40,600 nt of DNA, taken from the NCBI GenBank assembly GCA_035655475.1, contig DASRUK010000109.1, positions 1 through 40,600 on the forward strand. Reading direction: 5' to 3'. Origin of the DNA: Candidatus Nanoarchaeia archaeon. Its GTDB lineage: Archaea > Nanobdellota > Nanobdellia > Woesearchaeales > JACPBV01. Positions 16,590 through 23,910 of the stretch are shown piece after piece; within the stretch, counting starts at the first letter, position 1, and each line of letters starts with the position of its first letter. The notes under the pieces are model-generated. The model was not told the DNA's origin. It ran no database searches and worked only from the letters and a program-made list of their open reading frames with translations. The position numbers were made by a program, and so were the translations under genes.

Positions 16590-17346
16590 CCGATACTGAG
16601 TAGAAATAGGTTGCGGTAAGATTGAACTTATCAAACGCATCCAGATAGGTCAATGTCCTTAGAATTGGCCAGGCAAGCACCCTAATTAAAAAGCCCATGC
16701 CGAAAAGTGTGTCCAAAGCGTATGTGCCGGTAAAGAAACAATTGCCTAGTGAGGTTATATACCCTCCGCATGGCTTTACTTCTGTATGCTTAAAATCCTT
16801 GAGTAGGTAATATAATCCATCTTTAGTAAATCTATAGTAATCCCTTGGTGAAGCATGAATCCTATAATAGAAGGGGACAAGCGTGAAAAGAATCCCTCCT
16901 TTTTTGAGTACCCTTCTTATCTCCCTAACTGTCTGGAAAGGGTCCTTGATATGCTCAAAGATCGCTTTTGCAATTATGATGTCTGTAGAATTATCCTTAA
17001 GGGGAAGGCATAATGCATCTCCCACTATATCTGGCCTTGCTGAATCATCTATATCTAATCTGAAGTAGTTTTTGTATTTGCGCATATCAAAAGAGCCGAC
17101 ATTTCCTCCAATGTCTAGTATCAGGCTTTCTTTGCTGCATATCTTATTAAGCAGTGCCTTATCGTCCAGATTTGGATAGATGGGGCATATGAATGTTGAT
17201 TTGTACAGTTTTCCAAGGAAAGAATTGGATGAATGCAGCCTTTCATAAATCCTGCCTGAAAGGGTATTTCTCCACCTTACCTTCTGGTAAAGCTCTCCTT
17301 TATATTTTTGGCTTTTCATAGAACTCAGCGATTTTTGTGGTGACAA
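16582..17346 (-). CDS. Class I SAM-dependent methyltransferase
   Basis: A 254-aa ORF. It has motif I ILDIGGNVGS and a post-I/II region DIIIAKAIFEHI...VLKKGGILF. An alternative start at 17319 would reduce the overlap with the upstream DegT gene from 47 to 20 nt. Confidence 0.8.
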   Translation of the reverse strand: MSPQKSLSSMKSQKYKGELYQKVRWRNTLSGRIYERLHSSNSFLGKLYKSTFICPIYPNLDDKALLNKICSKESLILDIGGNVGSFDMRKYKNYFRLDIDDSARPDIVGDALCLPLKDNSTDIIIAKAIFEHIKDPFQTVREIRRVLKKGGILFTLVPFYYRIHASPRDYYRFTKDGLYYLLKDFKHTEVKPCGGYITSLGNCFFTGTYALDTLFGMGFLIRVLAWPILRTLTYLDAFDKFNLTATYFYSVSVK

Positions 17347-18403
17347 ATGTGATTTCCTCTTTCGTCAAGCCAGGAAACATCGGTAGTGAGATTATCTCAT
17401 TTACGACTTTGTTTGTTATTGGAAAATCATACGGCAGATAGCCTAGGGATGAGTAAGCTTTTTGCATGTGGATAGGTGTCTTGTAATGGATGTTTGTAAA
17501 GATATTACTTGCCTTTAAAAAATCCTGCAGCATGTCTCTTTCTTTTACCCTAATCTGATATACATGGTAAACATGCTTTGAATATTCTTTCTCGATTGGA
17601 ATTATCACTTTCTTGAGCAATTCGTTATACCTCTGTGCATTTTTTCTTCTTTGTTCATTCCAGCTTTCAAGGTACTTTAGCTTGACTCGCAAGACAGCAC
17701 CTTGCAATCCTTCCATCCTATAATTATAGCCCACCATCTGATGGTTGTACTTAGGGTATTCTCCATGGCTCCTAAGGAGCTTTACCTTCTCAGCGACCCC
17801 CTCATCATCTGTTACTACTGCTCCTGCTTCTCCATATGCGCCCAGGTTCTTTCCTGGATAGAACGAAAAGCAGCCGGTAGCGCTGACTGGAACTTTTCTG
17901 CCTTTGTATTCAGCTCCATGGGCTTGGCAGCAGTCCTCTATGATTATTAGGTTGTGCTCTTGTGCGATTTTTACTATCTGATCCATATCACATGGCTGCC
18001 CATAAAGGTGTACTGGGATGATTGCCTTTGTATTTCCGGTTATTGCTTTCTGAATCAGGTTGACATCGATGTTGTATGAATCCTCTTCAATGTCCACAAA
18101 CACAGGGGTTGCCCCTGCAAGTGATATTGCCTCGGCAGTTGCAAAAAAAGAATTAGGTACAGTAATGACCTCATCTCCCTTACCTATGCCATATGCAAGC
18201 AAAGCAAGGTGCAGAGCAGCAGTCCCTGAGTTTACTCCTAAGGCTAACTTTTTTCCGCAATAGCTTGCAAACTCCTTTTCAAAAGCTTCAACTTCCTTTC
18301 CTAAGACAAAATCAGTGTTATCCACCACATGCTTGATTGCAGCATCTATCTCTTCCTTTATTGAAGCATATTGCCTTTTTAGATCGACGAAATCCACTTT
18401 CAT
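17300..18403 (-). CDS. DegT/DnrJ/EryC1/StrS-family PLP sugar aminotransferase (WbpE-like)
   Basis: A 367-aa ORF with GKEVEAFEKEFA, GDEVITVPNSFFAT, and the active-site Lys region CFSFYPGKNLGAYGEAGAV. Confidence 0.9.
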   Translation of the reverse strand: MKVDFVDLKRQYASIKEEIDAAIKHVVDNTDFVLGKEVEAFEKEFASYCGKKLALGVNSGTAALHLALLAYGIGKGDEVITVPNSFFATAEAISLAGATPVFVDIEEDSYNIDVNLIQKAITGNTKAIIPVHLYGQPCDMDQIVKIAQEHNLIIIEDCCQAHGAEYKGRKVPVSATGCFSFYPGKNLGAYGEAGAVVTDDEGVAEKVKLLRSHGEYPKYNHQMVGYNYRMEGLQGAVLRVKLKYLESWNEQRRKNAQRYNELLKKVIIPIEKEYSKHVYHVYQIRVKERDMLQDFLKASNIFTNIHYKTPIHMQKAYSSLGYLPYDFPITNKVVNEIISLPMFPGLTKEEITFVTTKIAEFYEKPKI

Positions 18404-18879
18404 CTGTCAGTCACTTTGCCGATTATTTTAGCTGGATTTCCTGCAACTATTACGTTGTCCGGTATGTCTCTTGTGACAACCGCTCCTGCCCCTACAATCG
18501 AGTTCTTTCCGATGGTCACGCCGCATAAGATAGTAGCATTTGCTCCGATAGATGCTCCATCTTTGACATGAGTGCTCTCTATCTTCCAGTCTGTCCCTTC
18601 TTCTTTTAGATTGCCTTCTTTATTTGTTGCCCTGGGTATCTTATCATTGACAAAGCAGGCATGAGGACCTATGAACACTTCATCTCCTATAGTTATCCCC
18701 TCAGGTATGAATGCGAATGCTTGGATCTTGCAATTTTTTCCTATCTTGACATCTTTCCGGATCTCGACAAAAGAGCCTATCTTGGTGTTATCTCCTATCT
18801 CACACCCATATAGATTGACGAAATTGTAAGCTTTGGTGTTCTTTCCCAACTTCACATCATCCCTGATCAACTGTGTCAT
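18400..18879 (-). CDS. Left-handed beta-helix (hexapeptide-repeat) sugar N-acetyltransferase (WbpD-like)
   Basis: Hexapeptide repeats such as IGDNTKIGSFVEI..DVKIGKNCKIQ. I chose ATG 18879 (MTQLIRDD) because it gives a 4-nt overlap with the upstream gene. The track start 18996 lies inside that gene. Confidence 0.85.
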   Translation of the reverse strand: MTQLIRDDVKLGKNTKAYNFVNLYGCEIGDNTKIGSFVEIRKDVKIGKNCKIQAFAFIPEGITIGDEVFIGPHACFVNDKIPRATNKEGNLKEEGTDWKIESTHVKDGASIGANATILCGVTIGKNSIVGAGAVVTRDIPDNVIVAGNPAKIIGKVTDR

Positions 18880-19907
18880 GCTATCTGCACCTCTGTTCCT
18901 TTGTTCTTTAAAGAAAGCTGGGCTGCTTCGATGACTTTGACTACCTGAAGCCCAGAATTTCCATCGCTCCTCGGTTGCTTGCCTGACTTTATGCAATCGA
19001 CAAAATGCTCAGTCATGCTTCTTAATGGTTCCTTTAGGTCGACCTTGGGGATATTGATATTACCATCTCGATACATGTACTGGAATTCCTTATAGCTGTC
19101 CCAGTGTTTGGGTTTTGCCTTATCTATCGTTTCAAAAGTGACTCCCTTATCATACACCTTTATCTTTTCGCTCAGCTCGATATCATCATAGACAAGCATT
19201 TTCTTGCTTCCCACAAGAGTGGTTCTCCTTATCTTGCATGGATCAAGCCAGCTCACATGCAGGTTTGCCATGGTCTTGCTCTTGAATTTCAACGTTATGT
19301 ATGCGCTATCTTCAACCTTAGGCTGGATATATGATTCAGCGATAGCCCTGACGCTTGATGGCATACCTCCAAGCATGTAGATGAGTACAGAGATGTCATG
19401 GGGAGCCAGGTCCCAGATGACGTTTATATCCTGCTGGAAAAGTCCTAGGTTTACTCTTACCATATCGACAGTATAGATCTCGCCTAGATCTCCGTTGTCA
19501 ATAAGCTCTTTAATTTTACTCACAGGTCCGCTGTATTCAAAGGTATGGTCTACCATCAGGACCTTGTTCTTTTCCTTGGCAAGATCGATTAATATTCTTG
19601 CTTCATCGCTTGTTGCAGTGATTGGCTTTTCTATAAGGACGTGTTTTCCTTTTTCGAGCGCTTCCTTAGCCAGCTTGAAATGGGTAGATACAGGAGTGAC
19701 GATCGCTATAGCATCAATCTCATCGTCGTTTAGAAGTTCCTTGTGATCAGTCATTGTTTTTATCTTTGGAAAAGCCTTGCTTATGTGCTTGAGCCTGTCC
19801 TGAGATAGATCTGCACAACCTATAACACTACAGTCTTCAATCTGAGAGAAATTTCTGATTAGATTTGGCCCCCAATATCCGCAACCGATTACCCCCACAT
19901 TGACCAT
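18876..19907 (-). CDS. Gfo/Idh/MocA-family NAD-dependent oxidoreductase (WbpB-like UDP-sugar 3-dehydrogenase)
   Basis: A 343-aa ORF. It has the N-terminal motif VNVGVIGCGYWGPNLIRNF and EKP in HVLIEKPITAT. It is the first gene of the minus-strand operon. Confidence 0.9.
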   Translation of the reverse strand: MVNVGVIGCGYWGPNLIRNFSQIEDCSVIGCADLSQDRLKHISKAFPKIKTMTDHKELLNDDEIDAIAIVTPVSTHFKLAKEALEKGKHVLIEKPITATSDEARILIDLAKEKNKVLMVDHTFEYSGPVSKIKELIDNGDLGEIYTVDMVRVNLGLFQQDINVIWDLAPHDISVLIYMLGGMPSSVRAIAESYIQPKVEDSAYITLKFKSKTMANLHVSWLDPCKIRRTTLVGSKKMLVYDDIELSEKIKVYDKGVTFETIDKAKPKHWDSYKEFQYMYRDGNINIPKVDLKEPLRSMTEHFVDCIKSGKQPRSDGNSGLQVVKVIEAAQLSLKNKGTEVQIA

Positions 19908-19929
19908 TTTTCAGATTAAGGCATTGGCA

Positions 19930-19944
19930 GATTATATATAAACG
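19930..19944 (-). promoter_or_regulatory. TATA-like element (ATTATATATAAAC) for the minus-strand wbpB-like operon
   Basis: The centre lies ~30 nt from ATG 19907. Confidence 0.4.
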
Positions 19945-20026
19945 TTTCTATATGTGTCCGATAAGGTTTTTCCCACCAGGACAGTATCTTTATCAAACAG
20001 TCCTTATATTACCGATATGAAGGAAA

Positions 20027-20037
20027 CATTTAAATAC
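20027..20037 (+). promoter_or_regulatory. TATA-box-like element (CATTTAAATAC) for the wHTH-nucleotidyltransferase gene
   Basis: The TTTAAA centre lies ~26.5 nt upstream of the in-frame ATG 20059, matching the window-wide spacing. Confidence 0.4.
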
Positions 20038-20058
20038 TGGCTTATTTACCGATATATC

Positions 20059-21018
20059 ATGCGAGGAGAGGCAAAATCAAATATCATCAATACCTTACTG
20101 AGAAATAAGCATGAGCAGTTAAGCAAGTATAAGATTGCAAAGCTTGCAGGCTGCTCGTACTCATGGGTGCATGAGTATCTGGATGAGCTTGAGGCAAAAA
20201 GGATATTGAAAGGGACAAAGGTGATCGACGAAGCTGCATTGAAAGGTCAGCTTGCTTTAGGCGAAAAAAAAGAAAGGGCAAACATGCCGATATTGATAAT
20301 CCTTGCAGCAGGTGTGGGAAGCAGAAGCCTTCCCCTTACAAAGGACATACCTAAATGCTTGATGAAGGTTGGTGGCAAGACCCTTCTTGAAAGGATGATA
20401 GGCCAGAACTATGCCAGCAGCCTAACATCAGTTCTTGTCGTGGTCGGCCATAAGAATGAGCTTGTTGAAGAAGAGCTGGCAAGGCTGAAGAAGACATATC
20501 GGAAACTCAAGGCAAAGACGCTGTTCAATTCAGATTACCTGACCACAAACAACATATATTCCCTTTGGCTTGCGAGGGAATCTGCGAAAAATGGATTCAT
20601 CCTTGTGGATGGAGATGTCATTGTCGATGACGCTATAATCAGGAAGGTGAACGAAAGCAATATCCCTAATCTCCTTTTGATCGACGAGGATAAAGCACCT
20701 GAAGAGGAAGATGTAAAGGTTTTGATGGATTCTTCAGGCATTTATGGTATTGGAAAACATATTGAGCTTAATAAATCAAACGGGATAAGCGTCGGAATCG
20801 CCAAATTTTCAAGAGAAGGCGCAAAGGTGCTTTTTGATGAGGTAAAAAAGAAGCTGGATGAGGGAAAAAGGAACATATTTTATGAGGAAGCGTTTGAGGC
20901 GATGACCTCCAAGATTAGGATTGATACGATCACTACAGGCTCAGCTCATTGGAGAGAGATAGATTTTTTAAGCGAGTATGAGGATGCAAAGAAGGTGTTT
21001 AGATATGATCAGCGCTGA
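20059..21018 (+). CDS. Fusion protein: N-terminal winged-HTH-like domain + alcohol/sugar-phosphate nucleotidyl(cytidylyl)transferase (IPCT/LicC-like)
   Basis: The frame is open from GTG 19954, but I chose ATG 20059 on TATA spacing. The wHTH-like segment is LSKYKIAKLAGCSYSWVHEYLDELEAKRILKG. The transferase signature MPILIILAAGVGSRSLPLTKDIPKCLMKVGG starts at ATG 20284, which is a possible internal start. Confidence 0.7.
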   Translation: MRGEAKSNIINTLLRNKHEQLSKYKIAKLAGCSYSWVHEYLDELEAKRILKGTKVIDEAALKGQLALGEKKERANMPILIILAAGVGSRSLPLTKDIPKCLMKVGGKTLLERMIGQNYASSLTSVLVVVGHKNELVEEELARLKKTYRKLKAKTLFNSDYLTTNNIYSLWLARESAKNGFILVDGDVIVDDAIIRKVNESNIPNLLLIDEDKAPEEEDVKVLMDSSGIYGIGKHIELNKSNGISVGIAKFSREGAKVLFDEVKKKLDEGKRNIFYEEAFEAMTSKIRIDTITTGSAHWREIDFLSEYEDAKKVFRYDQR

Positions 21019-22315
21019 AGAGATACTAAATAAAGACAAGGAATATGTGATAAGGGCATGGTCATCAAATACTGGGCCAATCCCGATAGTTGAGGGCAAA
21101 GGAGTGCATGTCACAGATGCATCGGGTAAAGAGTACATGGATTTTGCTTCTGGATATTTTGTCAATGTCTGCGGGCATTCCCATCCTGATATAATCAAGG
21201 CAGTAAGTGATCAGGTGAGCAGGATCAGCCAGGTGTCGATGAGGCAGACGACTGTTCCATTGGTATTGCTTGCAGAAAAACTTGCCAAGATAACTCCAGG
21301 AAATCTCAAGAAAAGCTTTTTTTCTACAGGCGGCGCTGAATCTGTGGAATTTGCCATGAAGATGGCAAGATGCTATACAGGCAAGCATGAGATAATCGCG
21401 CTTAGGAATGCTTATCATGGGCTAAGCCTGGCGACATTGTCTGCATCGACAAATACCAGCTACAGGGGAACAGCATACAATCCTCTGCCTTCAGGCATAT
21501 CCCATGCGCCCAATGCTTACTGCTACAGGTGCAAATACAATGATCATGGTTGCGACTTGCAATGTGCCCGAGAGATTGAAAAGGTGATAAAAGGCAAGTC
21601 ATTTGAGGTGGTCAGCACAGAAAATATAGGCACCCTGTTGATAGAGCCTGTACAGAGCGTTGGAGGTATCATCCCTCCTGATGGATGGTTCGAGCTTGTC
21701 AAGGAGATATGCGAGAAGCATCATATCTTGCTTATCGTAGATGAGATACAGACAGGCCTCGGAAGGACAGGCAAGATGTTTGCATGTGAGCATTGGGGCA
21801 TTAAACCCGATATAATGACCCTTGCCAAAGGTATATCTGGTGGGGTAGGAAGCATGGGTGTGACTATCACAAAGGACGAGGTCGTTTCTAATTTCTCATC
21901 AGGAACATGCAGCACCTCTGCAGGCAATGCAGTAAGCTGCGCAGGAGGGCTTGCCCTGATAGAGACCCTTGAGAAGGAGAAACTGCCGGAAAATGCCGCA
22001 AGGATGGGTCAGTATCTCACTAAGGTTCTTAAAGAGATGGACAATCCTAATTTTGGGGATGTAAGGTTTAAGGGCCTCATGGGCGGAGTGGAGATGGTCG
22101 AAGATAGGGATTCAAAAGAGCCGCTTCAAAAAAAGGCGATGTCAAAAATTGTAGGTAAACTCCAGGAACAAGGAGTGATCATCACTGTCTCAGGGCCGCT
22201 TGGCAATGTTTTTAGGATACAGCCGGCACTAAATTTGACAAAAGAGCAAGCTGATAGGTTCGTTGATATTTTCAGCAATACTGTGAAAGGTGTTTGCAAT
22301 TCAGCCAAGCTTTGA
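21005..22315 (+). CDS. Class III (omega-type) PLP aminotransferase
   Basis: It has DFASGYFVNVCGHSHP, LLIVDEIQTGLGRTGKMFACEHWGIKPDIMTLAKGISGG (Schiff-base Lys context). I chose ATG 21005 (MISAEEIL), which overlaps the upstream gene by 14 nt. Confidence 0.9.
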   Translation: MISAEEILNKDKEYVIRAWSSNTGPIPIVEGKGVHVTDASGKEYMDFASGYFVNVCGHSHPDIIKAVSDQVSRISQVSMRQTTVPLVLLAEKLAKITPGNLKKSFFSTGGAESVEFAMKMARCYTGKHEIIALRNAYHGLSLATLSASTNTSYRGTAYNPLPSGISHAPNAYCYRCKYNDHGCDLQCAREIEKVIKGKSFEVVSTENIGTLLIEPVQSVGGIIPPDGWFELVKEICEKHHILLIVDEIQTGLGRTGKMFACEHWGIKPDIMTLAKGISGGVGSMGVTITKDEVVSNFSSGTCSTSAGNAVSCAGGLALIETLEKEKLPENAARMGQYLTKVLKEMDNPNFGDVRFKGLMGGVEMVEDRDSKEPLQKKAMSKIVGKLQEQGVIITVSGPLGNVFRIQPALNLTKEQADRFVDIFSNTVKGVCNSAKL

Positions 22316-22967
22316 CCAACTGAAAGATGCGCTAAAACAGGAAGACAGCCTTTTTTCAACCTATTTTTACAGGAGGATTTCACTGAGGATAACCTATCTT
22401 CTTATCAGGACACAGATAACTCCCAATCAGATAACATTTTTTTCCCTTATCCTGGGATTGGTCGCTTCATTTTTATTTTCCCTGGGCAGCTATTATTATG
22501 CGCTGGTAGGTATTCTGTTCATCCACTTGTCTTTTCTGTTTGATCATGTTGACGGAGAGATTGCTAGATATAAGAAACTCAGGTCAGATTTTGGCGCATG
22601 GTTCGACCAGGTCTCAGATAGGATAAAAGAATCGACTGCCTTTATAGGTTTGGCATTAGGTATATACCTTGCGACAGGTAGCAGCCTTCCCCTTATCCTT
22701 GGGATGTTTGCGGTATTCAATCTTTTCATGATAGGTCATCTTAGAGGGACCACCTCTCAGCTAAAGTTTGAGCACACATCAGAATTAAAGATCACAAGTA
22801 AGGTTCACATAGGAAGTGTTGATACAACTATATTTCTGATAACCCTGGCAGTGATATTTGATCTGCAGTTATACCTGTTGATGTTATATGCAACTTTTGG
22901 TTGCCTTGCATGGTTCTATCAGATTTACACAAGATATAAGAGAAGCACCAAAACCAGCAGATCCTAA
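22290..22967 (+). CDS. CDP-alcohol phosphatidyltransferase-family membrane protein
   Basis: A perfect family motif D-G-x2-A-R-x8-G-x3-D-x3-D occurs in DHVDGEIARYKKLRSDFGAWFDQVSD. The protein is multi-TM and 225 aa long. It starts at GTG and overlaps the aminotransferase gene by 26 nt. Confidence 0.85.
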   Translation: MFAIQPSFDQLKDALKQEDSLFSTYFYRRISLRITYLLIRTQITPNQITFFSLILGLVASFLFSLGSYYYALVGILFIHLSFLFDHVDGEIARYKKLRSDFGAWFDQVSDRIKESTAFIGLALGIYLATGSSLPLILGMFAVFNLFMIGHLRGTTSQLKFEHTSELKITSKVHIGSVDTTIFLITLAVIFDLQLYLLMLYATFGCLAWFYQIYTRYKRSTKTSRS

Positions 22968-23857
22968 TGATTGATCCGCTTGTTCTTGATCATGTCTGCA
23001 AGAAAGCCAAAAATAAGTATCTGGATTCCTATAACTATAAATAACATGCTTAAAATCGCTGAAGGTATATGCCTTATCGCACCGCTTGATAAAAAGAGGT
23101 ATAAGAGCCAGATTCCGATAAGAAATCCTGTACCAAATAGGCTTCCTCCGATAAATGTGAAGAACTTAAGAGGCTCATAATCGCGGTATATCCTAAGGAT
23201 GGTCAGGCCTGCTTTGATAGCGTATGAGAAAGGATGGCCAAAAAGCCTGCTTTTATCCTTTCTTCTTGCAAAGTCAACAGGTATCTCCTTTACCTTGAAC
23301 TTGAGTTTGATCGCCCTTATTATCTGCTCCTGGGTATATGTGAAGTTTGAGGTGATCCCAACTTTTTTTGCCACTTCCTGGCTAAAAGCTCTTAGGCCGG
23401 TCTGGGCGTCTGTTATCTTTGTCTTTGTTATGCCAGAGATGACTGCTGAAAAAGCCCTGTTTCCTATCTTGTTTATAAAAGGCATATACTCGATGTTTCC
23501 TTTGAACCTTGAGCCAAGGACAAGATCATTTCCTTTCTTGACCTCTTCAATCAGTCTGGTGATATCCCTTGCATGATATTGCCCGTCTGCATCGATATGC
23601 ACGATGATCTCCGCACCCATCTTCAGGCATTGCTCGATCTCTGTCTTGAATGTCTCGGCAAGTCCGTAATTCTTCGGATGAGCAAACACAGCCGCTCCAT
23701 GATTTTTTGCGACAAGGGAGGTATTATCTGTGCTTCCATCGTCTACAACCAATATCTTATGATCATATGACAAGTCTTTCATCACTTTGTTTATGTCATC
23801 CAGAACCTGGCCTAGCGTCTTTTCTTCATTGAACGCAGGAATTGTTATTATTATCAT
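22964..23857 (-). CDS. GT2 polyprenyl-phosphate glycosyltransferase (GtrB/Dpm1-like) with two C-terminal TM helices
   Basis: It has IIITIPAFNEE...ILVVDDGSTDNT...HIDADGQ (DxD-type), and a C-terminus with two TM helices as in GtrB-type enzymes. I prefer ATG 23857 to the track's TTG 23860. Confidence 0.85.
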   Translation of the reverse strand: MIIITIPAFNEEKTLGQVLDDINKVMKDLSYDHKILVVDDGSTDNTSLVAKNHGAAVFAHPKNYGLAETFKTEIEQCLKMGAEIIVHIDADGQYHARDITRLIEEVKKGNDLVLGSRFKGNIEYMPFINKIGNRAFSAVISGITKTKITDAQTGLRAFSQEVAKKVGITSNFTYTQEQIIRAIKLKFKVKEIPVDFARRKDKSRLFGHPFSYAIKAGLTILRIYRDYEPLKFFTFIGGSLFGTGFLIGIWLLYLFLSSGAIRHIPSAILSMLFIVIGIQILIFGFLADMIKNKRINH

Positions 23858-23874
23858 CAATGGCTAAAATGAGA

Positions 23875-23890
23875 AATTATTTAAATATAT
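23875..23890. promoter_or_regulatory. Single palindromic TATA core (ATTTAAAT) shared by divergent genes
   Basis: The TTTAAA centre at 23882.5 lies 25.5 nt from the minus-strand ATG (23857) and 28.5 nt from the plus-strand in-frame ATG (23911). Confidence 0.45.
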
Positions 23891-23910
23891 TTCCATCACT
23901 TTTGGCAATA

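Noticed and set aside
18880-18996. A 39-codon N-terminal extension of the hexapeptide acetyltransferase ORF.
   Set aside because: It lies out of frame inside the 3' end of the oxidoreductase gene. ATG 18879 gives the ATGA 4-nt overlap typical of this window, and the hexapeptide domain starts right after it.
19954-20058. A GTG-initiated 35-codon N-terminal extension of the wHTH-nucleotidyltransferase ORF.
   Set aside because: The extension starts only 17 nt from the upstream TATA-like element. A canonical TTTAAATA box lies inside it, at the standard 26.5 nt before ATG 20059. The extension is probably non-coding promoter region, though this is unproven.
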